This document shows positions 1 through 8,574 of a stretch of 64,000 bases of DNA, one piece after another. This stretch comes from an uncultured Lentimicrobiaceae bacterium (GTDB taxonomy: Bacteria; Bacteroidota; Bacteroidia; Bacteroidales; F082), in assembly GCA_964460905.1 (NCBI GenBank), contig CAYWRM010000002.1, forward strand, positions 91,173 through 155,172. Direction: 5' to 3'. Both the position numbers and the translations under genes were made by a program. Within the stretch, counting starts at the first letter, position 1, and every line of letters starts with the position of its first letter. Under the pieces are notes generated by a model, which saw nothing but the letters and a program-made list of their open reading frames with translations, searched no databases and had not been told where the DNA came from.

Positions 1-1
1 C

Positions 2-949
2 AGTCTTGATACTTTTAACGAGATAGCCCTGGAAATATTTCATTTTCAATATAAAAATAATGTTGTTTATAAGCAGTTTGTCGATTTCTTAAATACTAAA
101 ATTTCAGAAATACAATATTTTTCACAAATCCCTTTTCTTCCTGTTGAATTTTTTAAAAATCATAAAATAATTTCCAAAGATTGTAATTCAGAAATAGTTT
201 TTTCTAGTAGCGGCACTACCGGAATGCAAACCAGCAAACATTATGTGAGTGATGTTAGTTTTTATGAATCAGCTTTTTTAAGAGCGTTTGAACTTTTTTT
301 TGGCTCACCAAAAGACATGGTAATTCTTGCCCTATTACCATCATATCTTGAGAGAGGAGGTTCATCACTAGTGTATATGGCAAACAAACTTATCAGCGAA
401 AGCGACAGAACTGAAAGTGGGTTTTATTTAGATGAATATAGCAAATTACATGCGCTACTTGTTACTTTAAAAGCACAAAAGCAAAAAGTAATATTGTTAG
501 GTGTTACATATGCTTTACTGGATTTGGCAGAGCAATATCCAATAGATTTTCCGGAGTTGGTATTAATGGAAACAGGAGGTATGAAGGGTAAACGAAAAGA
601 ATTGATACGTGATGAGCTGCATAATAAACTTAAAAATTCTTTTGGTGTAGGTAAAATTTATTCTGAATATGGCATGACTGAGCTATTGTCTCAGGCATAT
701 TCAACCGGTAATGGTATTTTTAGCACTCCTCCCTGGATGAAAATACTTATTCGCGATGTTAACGATCCATTAGCTTTAATGTCAGAAGGAAAAGCAGGAG
801 GAATTAATATTATCGATTTAGCTAATGTTTATTCGTGTTCATTTATTGCAACCCAGGATTTGGGTAAAGTTGGAACCAATGATACTTTTGAAATACTTGG
901 GCGCTTTGATAATAGTGATGTAAGGGGATGTAATTTGATGGTAGAGTAA
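2..949 (+). CDS. LuxE-like acyl-protein synthetase / acyl-adenylate-forming enzyme, 5' end outside window
   Basis: The frame of the 224..949 ORF stays open back to nt 2 (SLDTFNEIALEIF...VFSSSGTTGMQTSKH). It has the SSGTTG adenylate-forming motif and later ETGGMKG and SEYGMTE. The true start lies upstream of the window. Confidence 0.6.
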   Translation, partial: SLDTFNEIALEIFHFQYKNNVVYKQFVDFLNTKISEIQYFSQIPFLPVEFFKNHKIISKDCNSEIVFSSSGTTGMQTSKHYVSDVSFYESAFLRAFELFFGSPKDMVILALLPSYLERGGSSLVYMANKLISESDRTESGFYLDEYSKLHALLVTLKAQKQKVILLGVTYALLDLAEQYPIDFPELVLMETGGMKGKRKELIRDELHNKLKNSFGVGKIYSEYGMTELLSQAYSTGNGIFSTPPWMKILIRDVNDPLALMSEGKAGGINIIDLANVYSCSFIATQDLGKVGTNDTFEILGRFDNSDVRGCNLMVE

Positions 950-1004
950 GAATTTAGCCGTCATCTTCAGGAAGTTTCACTGATAGATTTCCTAAGCATA
1001 AGTG

Positions 1005-3890
1005 TCATTTTTTCAATACCTTTTCCGCTTCCATTTCCGCTTTCTCCTTTAGCATTTTTGATGCTTTTTTTGCTTCCTGTATTAAACCATCAGCTTTTTT
1101 ATTAGCTTCTTTAATAATATCCTCACTCTTGTTTGCTACTTCATTTCTTAATTGTTTAGCAGCTTCTTTGGCAGCCATTTCTGCAACAAATCCCCTTTTT
1201 TTAGCTTCCGAAATCAGTACTTCTGCTTGTTTATCAGTTTCATCGAGTAATGACTTTTTACTTGCAGCAGCATTATCTCTAATAATTTTTGCCTGTTTTA
1301 CAGCTTCTTGTATCAAATATTTACCTTGTTTATCTGCATCATCAATAATTTTTTGAGCTTTCTGAGAAGCTTCTTTTCCCAATTCTTCTTTTTTCTTTTC
1401 AACCTCCTCCTTAATTTTTTCTGTTACTTTTTCAATAACAGTGGTGCTGTTGGTCTTGTGCAATTTCGTTTTTATTATAGGGTTACTGAGTGTTCCTCCA
1501 ATGTATATATTAATGGGGATTATATCAGGCATGCTAAAATTTGTTCCATAACTATTGACTTTGGACAGAAGCCCATCAAGAACTTTATTTGCTTCATTAC
1601 CGAATTCCTCACGTGGAACTTCTAAATTCAGATTATAGCCTATCGACTGGTCGAATCCTGTCCAACCTTCTATTTCACCTTCAATATTCTGATAACTAAA
1701 TTTTGTGGGTTTAACTTCAAGCTTTCCATTAACAAACTGAAAATGAAAAAGAAGCGCGTTAAGCTCTAGTTTTTTAAACTTGATCAGGTTAAGAGTTTCT
1801 GCAATTTGGGTTAAAGAATTTAAATCGTTGATTTCAATTTTTGATGTTGATAATATTCCCTTTCCATTCATTGTGGAATAATCAGGCATCATCTGGTTGT
1901 CGAGTAGTGTTTTGATCTGGAAATTCGCTGAGAATAAACCAGTTGTTTTTTTTGCTACAGGAAGATAATTTCTAAATGTAGCAAACTGGTTATATGCTTT
2001 TGGAATACTTAGGTTTTCCATCTTTAAGTTAAAATCAACTACGGGTTTGTCAATATCAACTGTGGAATAGCTACCATTAACTATCATTTTACCTTCAACC
2101 GCGTCCATGCTCAAATTCTTGATTAACAATGTTTTGTTTACTACCAGTAGTTCTCCATTAACATTGTCCATTTCAAGGCTGTCGTAAATTAGCTGGTTAA
2201 ATTGTGCTGATACAGTTAAGTTGATATTTTCCGGAATTTCAATTATAGTAGACGAAGGGTTTTCGGGTTGTTTAGAACTACTATAATGATTAGCATCCTG
2301 TGTGGTAGTCTCATCAACAGAAACAGTGAATAATTCATCCATATTCAGAAAATTTGAATTAGAATTAAGTGAACCTGATAATGACCCAGTATTGAAATAA
2401 TAAGCTAAATAATTCTCAATCTTGCCTGTTGCTCTAAAATCACTATTACCCGATGTTGATTTAAAATTCACAAGATCAAGATAATGAGGTGAAAAATTTA
2501 ATTGTGCAATTGTGATCTTTAGAGGTTTACGTAAACTGTTGGTGTTGTAGTTAATTTCTCTTGCAAGTACTGAACCCATAGCAATAAAATTATCATATTT
2601 TTCATTTTCAATTGATGACATCTGTCCGTCAAGCATAATATCAAAAATAAGGTTACCGCTTAGTTCATCCTTATTATCAACAGGATAGTAATCTTTAATA
2701 TTATTAAGATCAAATTCCCCGGTAATTTTAGCTTTTATATATGGGTCGGAAATGGGAGTGCTGATTTGTAAACTAGCATTAAGTGGATTATTGCCAAGTT
2801 GTAAGTTAAATTCACTGATATCAATAATAGTATTGTCTGCTACTCCCCCTTTGCTTGTGATACTTGATTTTAGATTAATATTTTTAACAGATTTTGGCAA
2901 ATCAGGATATTTAAACATACCATTTTCAACAATAGCTGACACATTAAATGAAGGAAGAAGATTTTGATTGTATGTTCCTTTTATAAAACCGTTCACAGAG
3001 AAAGTTCCATCTGCTGTAATTCCATCAAAATCTTTTGAATAGATTGCAGGAACAAGTGATAGTATATCTTTAAATTTATTGCCTTGCGAATTAAGTGTTA
3101 GTACTAGGTTTAAGTCATCCTCAACATAGGAAACCGAACCATCGAAACTAATTAACATATTGTTAAGTATTAGCTCGTTATTTCCCAGGGTGTATATTTC
3201 ATTTTTTATATCAGCGTCAATTTTTGCCTGATATACTACTCCTACATCAGATAAATAAGGTATGCCATCATATGTAACATTAAGTTTGGCAATTTTAGTT
3301 TTTGTAGTAAGTATGGTATTATCAGAACCAAGCTTTCCTGATAAAGTATGATTTAATCCTGATGCATACACATAAGTATTTAATTGATTATCGTTATATG
3401 TTAGTTGACCATTTGATATTTGAAATTTTTTGATAGCAAGTTGAAAAGTTGAGTTACTTTCTTTAGTTGATGAAGTGTTATTATTTTCTTCACCTGATAT
3501 ACTAAAATCATAATTTGCTTTTCCGTTCTCAAGCACTCTTATGTTAAAAACAGGATTTATAAGTTTAATTTTCTTTATTTCATAATCATCGCTATTAATT
3601 ACACTAAAAATATCAATTGCCATGGATATTGTTTCAACCTTTACTATTGTGTCAAGCTTAAATTCATCGTTACCAACAATATCAAGTTCGTAAATAGAAA
3701 GATTAAAATCGGGGAAACTTGTTATTAAACTTAGATCAATATCTTTAAAATCAATAGTTGCATTAACACTTTTATTAATCTCAATTTTTGTGAGCCTGAT
3801 TATTTCAGATTTATATACAATAGGAAGAATAAATAATAGACCAATGAATATTATAATAATTACTGCTAATATTTTTAATAGTGTTTTCAT
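1005..3890 (-). CDS. AsmA-family-like large envelope protein with K/E/A-rich repeat tail
   Basis: 961 aa with an N-terminal membrane anchor (ILAVIIIIFIGLLFILPIV), then a long beta-rich N/S/T-rich body typical of AsmA-like proteins. The C-terminal ~130-170 aa is a charged helical repeat region. Confidence 0.55.
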   Translation of the reverse strand: MKTLLKILAVIIIIFIGLLFILPIVYKSEIIRLTKIEINKSVNATIDFKDIDLSLITSFPDFNLSIYELDIVGNDEFKLDTIVKVETISMAIDIFSVINSDDYEIKKIKLINPVFNIRVLENGKANYDFSISGEENNNTSSTKESNSTFQLAIKKFQISNGQLTYNDNQLNTYVYASGLNHTLSGKLGSDNTILTTKTKIAKLNVTYDGIPYLSDVGVVYQAKIDADIKNEIYTLGNNELILNNMLISFDGSVSYVEDDLNLVLTLNSQGNKFKDILSLVPAIYSKDFDGITADGTFSVNGFIKGTYNQNLLPSFNVSAIVENGMFKYPDLPKSVKNINLKSSITSKGGVADNTIIDISEFNLQLGNNPLNASLQISTPISDPYIKAKITGEFDLNNIKDYYPVDNKDELSGNLIFDIMLDGQMSSIENEKYDNFIAMGSVLAREINYNTNSLRKPLKITIAQLNFSPHYLDLVNFKSTSGNSDFRATGKIENYLAYYFNTGSLSGSLNSNSNFLNMDELFTVSVDETTTQDANHYSSSKQPENPSSTIIEIPENINLTVSAQFNQLIYDSLEMDNVNGELLVVNKTLLIKNLSMDAVEGKMIVNGSYSTVDIDKPVVDFNLKMENLSIPKAYNQFATFRNYLPVAKKTTGLFSANFQIKTLLDNQMMPDYSTMNGKGILSTSKIEINDLNSLTQIAETLNLIKFKKLELNALLFHFQFVNGKLEVKPTKFSYQNIEGEIEGWTGFDQSIGYNLNLEVPREEFGNEANKVLDGLLSKVNSYGTNFSMPDIIPINIYIGGTLSNPIIKTKLHKTNSTTVIEKVTEKIKEEVEKKKEELGKEASQKAQKIIDDADKQGKYLIQEAVKQAKIIRDNAAASKKSLLDETDKQAEVLISEAKKRGFVAEMAAKEAAKQLRNEVANKSEDIIKEANKKADGLIQEAKKASKMLKEKAEMEAEKVLKK

Positions 3891-3978
3891 TATAGATATG
3901 TTTAGAGCTTTGTGCGAAATTAATCAAAAAGATTATCTAATAATAATCATGATTTAAGTATAATCCTTATTTGGTAAT

Positions 3979-4662
3979 TTATTCGTTGAATAGTGACTGT
4001 TGGCCAATTGTTACAGGGATAACTATTTCAGGGTTGTTATTTTTTGGTGAATTAACTTTTTTTGAGATTGTATATGCCTCCATTCTTCCTATTGCATATG
4101 GCACAAGAAGCTTGTTCAATAAAGTTTGGTCAGTTTCCATTAACCACTTATCTTCATCTTCAGGTTTCAAAATAACCGGCATCCTGTTATGAATATCTGC
4201 AACCAGTGAATTTGCGTTAGTGGTTATTATTGAAAATGAATTTATTATCCGGTTTTCTGCATTTTTCCATGTTTCCCAGATTCCTGCAAATGCAAATAGT
4301 TTTTCATCTTTTAGAAAAATCCTATAGGGTGTGTGGTCACTATCTTTTTGCCATTCGTAAAAACCGTTTGCCGGGATTAAACATCGTCTGTTTTTATAAG
4401 CACTTTTAAATGAAGGCTTTTCGCTTATAGTTTCTGATCGGGTATTAATATTTCGGGACCCAATTATAGGATCTTTAGCCCAGTATGGTATTAATCCCCA
4501 TTGAAAAAAACTGAGCTTTGCGGGATGATCATTCGTTATTACAGGTAGTTTTTGTGATGGGGCACAATTAAAGCTAGGTTTATAAAATTTATCAAATACT
4601 TCAACATTAAAACGCTCAGAAATTTGCTTGCCTTTTACCGATAGTTGAAATCGTCCACACAT
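3979..4662 (-). CDS. SOS response-associated peptidase (SRAP, YedK/HMCES family)
   Basis: N-terminal MCGRF with the Cys2 nucleophile, WGLIPYWAK, PANGFYEW and HNRMPVIL motifs. 227 aa is the typical length. Confidence 0.85.
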   Translation of the reverse strand: MCGRFQLSVKGKQISERFNVEVFDKFYKPSFNCAPSQKLPVITNDHPAKLSFFQWGLIPYWAKDPIIGSRNINTRSETISEKPSFKSAYKNRRCLIPANGFYEWQKDSDHTPYRIFLKDEKLFAFAGIWETWKNAENRIINSFSIITTNANSLVADIHNRMPVILKPEDEDKWLMETDQTLLNKLLVPYAIGRMEAYTISKKVNSPKNNNPEIVIPVTIGQQSLFNE

Positions 4663-4720
4663 GGAGTTTTGAGTTTAAAGTTTGAGGTTCAGAGTTTCGG
4701 TTTCATTCTCAAAGTATAAC

Positions 4721-5500
4721 CTAATAATAAACTTTTGTGTTAATACTCAACTTCTCTACTCTTTCAGCAATTGCATTAAGTTCATTTTCGGGCACTTTTT
4801 CAAGACCTTTTGCAGGTGTTCCTCTATCAATGCCATAAATCATTACATATTCAGGCTTTATTTTAACTAATACTTTTAACCAGGCTTCTATTTCAATGTC
4901 AGTAGTGTTATCAATTATTTTTCCGTTGTATTCACCTCTAACAAATAAAGTTTGAATAATGAGCTTACCATCAAACGAAATAAGACTTTCAATGATTTTT
5001 TCTAATGTTAAACCACTTGATGCCTGATTAATAATATGAAATGTGCTCTCAATTCCCGAATCGAGTTTTTGAATATTTTTATCTACTTTTTTGAGAGCTT
5101 CAGTTATTTTAGGTTTATGAAGCATGCTCGCATTTGATAGTATACTTATTGCAGCTTTAGGCGCAAAAAGATCTCTAACCTCTATGGTGTCGTCAATTAT
5201 TCCTGCAAAATCAGGGTGTATAGTAGGTTCACCATTTCCTGCAAAGGTTATTGCATCGGGTTCATTAACAGTGCCCTGCAATTCCTTTAGTTTATTCTCC
5301 AGTTGAGTTTTAAAATTAGTTCGTTTTGGGAGTACAATTTTAATTCCATTGTCTTTTTCTGTCCAGCCACACTCACAATATACACAGTTAAAATTGCAAT
5401 ATTTGTTGTTAACAGGCAGGAGATTGATCCCAAGTGAAACGCCTAACCTCCTGCTATATACAGGTCCAAATATAAGTTCGTCAAATAAAAATCCAGTCAT
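4721..5500 (-). CDS. radical SAM protein, function unknown
   Basis: CNFNCVYCECG (CxxxCxxC) cluster near the N-terminus and a GNGEPT glycine-rich SAM motif. 259 aa. Confidence 0.8.
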   Translation of the reverse strand: MTGFLFDELIFGPVYSRRLGVSLGINLLPVNNKYCNFNCVYCECGWTEKDNGIKIVLPKRTNFKTQLENKLKELQGTVNEPDAITFAGNGEPTIHPDFAGIIDDTIEVRDLFAPKAAISILSNASMLHKPKITEALKKVDKNIQKLDSGIESTFHIINQASSGLTLEKIIESLISFDGKLIIQTLFVRGEYNGKIIDNTTDIEIEAWLKVLVKIKPEYVMIYGIDRGTPAKGLEKVPENELNAIAERVEKLSINTKVYY

Positions 5501-5625
5501 GATTCAAGTTTTTGCAAAAATAGATTTAATTTTGATTATTATAATTATCGAGACATCTTGATCCCGTGTTAATAAAATGTTAAGCTTGAATAATTGAACA
5601 TTTTTTAAGATAACTAATAATAACT

Positions 5626-6600
5626 ATGTCAGTATTAAAAGAATTAAAAAAGCCAATATCAAGTGAACTAAAGGAATTCCAGAGGGTTTTTCGGAAATCT
5701 GTAAAATCATCTGTACCACTTTTTGATGTTATAATGAAGTATATACTCAAAGCCAAGGGAAAACAAATCCGGCCTTTGATTGTTTTGTACAGTGCCGCTT
5801 TATTTGATACTATTGGTGAATCAACATATCGGGCAGCTACTTTAATTGAGCTACTACATACCGCTACACTTGTACACGATGATGTTGTAGATGATTCGGA
5901 CCGGAGAAGAGGTAGATTTTCAATAAATGCTTTATGGAAGAATAAAATTGCAGTCCTTGTTGGCGACTATTTATTTTCCAGAGGAATGTTAACTGCCTTA
6001 CAGGCAAAGGATTATCATATATTAGAAATTGTATCTGAAGCAGTGAAAGAAATGAGTGAGGGGGAGCTGTTGCAGATTGAAAAAGCCCGAAAGCTGGATA
6101 TTGATGAGAATGTTTATTATGATGTGATACGAAAAAAAACAGCATCATTTCTGGCCTCTTGTTTTGCTGTAGGTGCTGCTTCGTCAAGCAAGAATCAGGA
6201 TGACATAAAAAAAATGTGGCTTATTGGCGAATATGCAGGCATGGCATTTCAGATAAAAGATGATATTCTTGATTTTGAGAAAAGTACGATTACAGGTAAG
6301 CCTACCGGCATTGATATTAAAGAAAAAAAAATGACACTTCCATTAATTTATATGCTTAATCAGTCAACACTATTGAAGAAGCGCAAAATAATTAATATCA
6401 TTAAACGAGATAATACTAACAAAGAAAAGGTTAGCTGGATAATGAGTGAAGTTGAAAGTTTGGGAGGTATTGTATATGCTACTGAGAAAATGACCGAGTT
6501 TAAAAACAATTCGTTAAAACTCTTGAGAGACTATCCTGAAAGTAATTATAGGTTAGCTCTTGAACAAATTATTGAATTTACAATTGAGAGGAAGAAATAG
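5626..6600 (+). CDS. polyprenyl diphosphate synthase (IspB/HepT-like trans-prenyltransferase)
   Basis: First Asp-rich motif LVHDDVVDDSDRRRG and second motif FQIKDDILD. 324 aa. Confidence 0.85.
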   Translation: MSVLKELKKPISSELKEFQRVFRKSVKSSVPLFDVIMKYILKAKGKQIRPLIVLYSAALFDTIGESTYRAATLIELLHTATLVHDDVVDDSDRRRGRFSINALWKNKIAVLVGDYLFSRGMLTALQAKDYHILEIVSEAVKEMSEGELLQIEKARKLDIDENVYYDVIRKKTASFLASCFAVGAASSSKNQDDIKKMWLIGEYAGMAFQIKDDILDFEKSTITGKPTGIDIKEKKMTLPLIYMLNQSTLLKKRKIINIIKRDNTNKEKVSWIMSEVESLGGIVYATEKMTEFKNNSLKLLRDYPESNYRLALEQIIEFTIERKK

Positions 6601-6730
6601 GGTTATGGGAAATAAGGTATTTGGGGAATAGGGTATAAGGTAAATGTAGTAGAGTTCAAGATTTCCTTGTATATACCAACCCCTTCCCTAAAACCTCTGG
6701 CCTTATACTTTTAACCCCAACCTGGCTACC

Positions 6731-7777
6731 CTAAGCCATTTTGAGAGTAAACGAAAAGGTAGTTCCTTCACCAATATTACTTCTAACGCTAATGGTTTGG
6801 CGATGAGCTTCAATAATGTGTTTTACAATTGCAAGACCAAGCCCGGTTCCTCCTTTGTCACGTGACCGGCTTTGTTCAGTACGGTAGAATCGTTCAAAAA
6901 CCCTTTTGATATTTTCCTCTGGAATCCCGATGCCATTATCCTGAACCTCAACGAGGTAATTATCATGAAAATTGTAAAAAGAAACCCTGATAGTGCCATT
7001 CTCAAGATTACCATATTTTATTGCATTGTCAATTAAATTGATTAGTACCTGGTGTATTCTTTTCTTATCAGCCTTAACCCATATAGATTTTGACGGAGTT
7101 GTACTAATTGAAATCGTAGTATTATTTTTGGAAGCTTTGTCCTCCATAAAATCAACTACATCTTTTGTTAACTCAAGAAGATTGAAATTTTCCATATTTA
7201 ACTGAAGATCACTCGATTCAAGTTTGCCAATTTCTTCGAGGTCTTCAACCAGGGCAATCATTCTATCTATACTTTTTACCGATTTTTTTAAAAACTTTTC
7301 ATTTATTGTTTCATCATTCATTCCACCTTCGAGCAAAGTATGAACATATCCCTGAATATTGAAAATTGGAGTTTTAAGCTCATGCGAGATATTTCCTAGA
7401 AATTCCCGTCTGTAAGCAGCCATCTCTTTTAACTCATCAATTTCCTTCTTTTTTTCTTCACTCCACCTCATAACCACCTGGTTAACTATTTCAAGCACAT
7501 CACTTTTTCTGTTATTTTGTGAAGAGTCTTTATTATCAGGTCTTAAGCGGCCAATTGTTTTATAAATTATTTTAATCTTTTCGTTAAAAAATCTGTTTAA
7601 ACTAAAATTAATGAAAGCATAGGAAGAAACAAAAACTATTGTAATAAAAACTAGTATTGGAATTAATTCAAAAGTATTGTTAATAATTCCAATAATTAAA
7701 AAAGTAGTACCAGAAACAAGAGTAATTATTAAGGCATTTAGCAGGGCAATATTTATAGAGGAGTTTATTTTCATCAT
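6731..7777 (-). CDS. sensor histidine kinase (two TM segments, HisKA, HATPase_c)
   Basis: H-box SHELKTPIFNIQGY, N-box LINLIDNAIKY, DNGIGIP and GGTGLGLAIVKH. It overlaps the upstream response regulator stop by 4 nt (ATGA). Confidence 0.85.
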   Translation of the reverse strand: MMKINSSINIALLNALIITLVSGTTFLIIGIINNTFELIPILVFITIVFVSSYAFINFSLNRFFNEKIKIIYKTIGRLRPDNKDSSQNNRKSDVLEIVNQVVMRWSEEKKKEIDELKEMAAYRREFLGNISHELKTPIFNIQGYVHTLLEGGMNDETINEKFLKKSVKSIDRMIALVEDLEEIGKLESSDLQLNMENFNLLELTKDVVDFMEDKASKNNTTISISTTPSKSIWVKADKKRIHQVLINLIDNAIKYGNLENGTIRVSFYNFHDNYLVEVQDNGIGIPEENIKRVFERFYRTEQSRSRDKGGTGLGLAIVKHIIEAHRQTISVRSNIGEGTTFSFTLKMA

Positions 7778-8460
7778 CTATTAAACTTATAACCAACACC
7801 TTTTACTGTTTTGATATATTCCATTCCAATTTTTTCCCGGATTCTTCTAATATGGACATCAATTGTACGATCGCCAACAATAACATCATTGCCCCAAACC
7901 TTATTAAATATTTCATCCCTTGAAAATACTTTATCAGGTGCTGAAGCTAGCAGATAAACCATTTTAAACTCTTTGTTGGGTAAGATAATATCTTTCTCAT
8001 CTTTAATAATTACAAATTTCTCCTGGTTAATAATAAGGTTGTTAACTTCTAGCACCTCTTGTTTTTTTGGCTTCTTCGATACATGCCTACGTAATAATGC
8101 CGATAATCTACTAATTAATACATTTGGTTTTATTGGCTTTGTAACATAATCGTCAGCACCTGCATTAAACCCGGCAATTTGTGAATAATCCTCGGCACGG
8201 GCAGTTAGAAAAACAATAATGGTTTCATTTAATTCATCCACTTTTCTAATTTCCTGAACAGCATTTATACCATCCATTTCAGGCATCATTACATCCATGA
8301 GTATCAAATTAGGCCTGTGTTTTTTAGCTTTTTCAATTGCCTTTAACCCATTATTTGCTGAAATTACCCTGTACCCTTCCTTTTTTAAATTATAACTTAA
8401 AAACTCTACAATGTCTTCTTCGTCATCAACAAGTAGAATACTGAACTTACTATTATCCAT
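7774..8460 (-). CDS. OmpR-family response regulator
   Basis: REC domain (ILLVDDEEDI, LILMDVMMPEMDG, TKP) plus a winged helix (TVKGVGYKF). The start is moved to the internal ATG at 8460 (MDNSKFSILLVDD). The 42-codon upstream extension in the ORF track is hydrophobic junk and would overlap uvrC. Confidence 0.85.
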   Translation of the reverse strand: MDNSKFSILLVDDEEDIVEFLSYNLKKEGYRVISANNGLKAIEKAKKHRPNLILMDVMMPEMDGINAVQEIRKVDELNETIIVFLTARAEDYSQIAGFNAGADDYVTKPIKPNVLISRLSALLRRHVSKKPKKQEVLEVNNLIINQEKFVIIKDEKDIILPNKEFKMVYLLASAPDKVFSRDEIFNKVWGNDVIVGDRTIDVHIRRIREKIGMEYIKTVKGVGYKFNR

Positions 8461-8550
8461 TTTATTAGATATAATTTTTATGAGGCTAATGTAGTAAAAT
8501 AAAAACCAGTAGTTAATAATGAATATTAATTTTAAGTTAATAATTAGGGC

Positions 8551-8558
8551 TAAATTTG
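8551..8558 (+). promoter_or_regulatory. candidate Bacteroidota -7 promoter element TAaaTTTG upstream of uvrC
   Basis: Exact match to TAnnTTTG, 17 nt before the predicted TTG start of uvrC. Confidence 0.3.
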
Positions 8559-8574
8559 CATCAAACACAATTTT

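Noticed and set aside
1129-1625. Plus-strand ORFs 1129..1356 and 1308..1625 (also 2752..2967) inside the AsmA-like gene
   Set aside because: They are antisense to a long, well-supported CDS. Their translations are low-complexity (F/L/S/C-rich mirror images of the K/E/A-rich tail) with no start context.
5864-6187. 107-aa minus-strand ORF inside the polyprenyl synthase gene
   Set aside because: It is antisense to a CDS with both Asp-rich motifs intact, and its composition looks random. The same reasoning applies to 5124..5306, 5349..5561, 6823..7014, 6993..7205, 9156..9350, 11288..11476 and 11675..12028.
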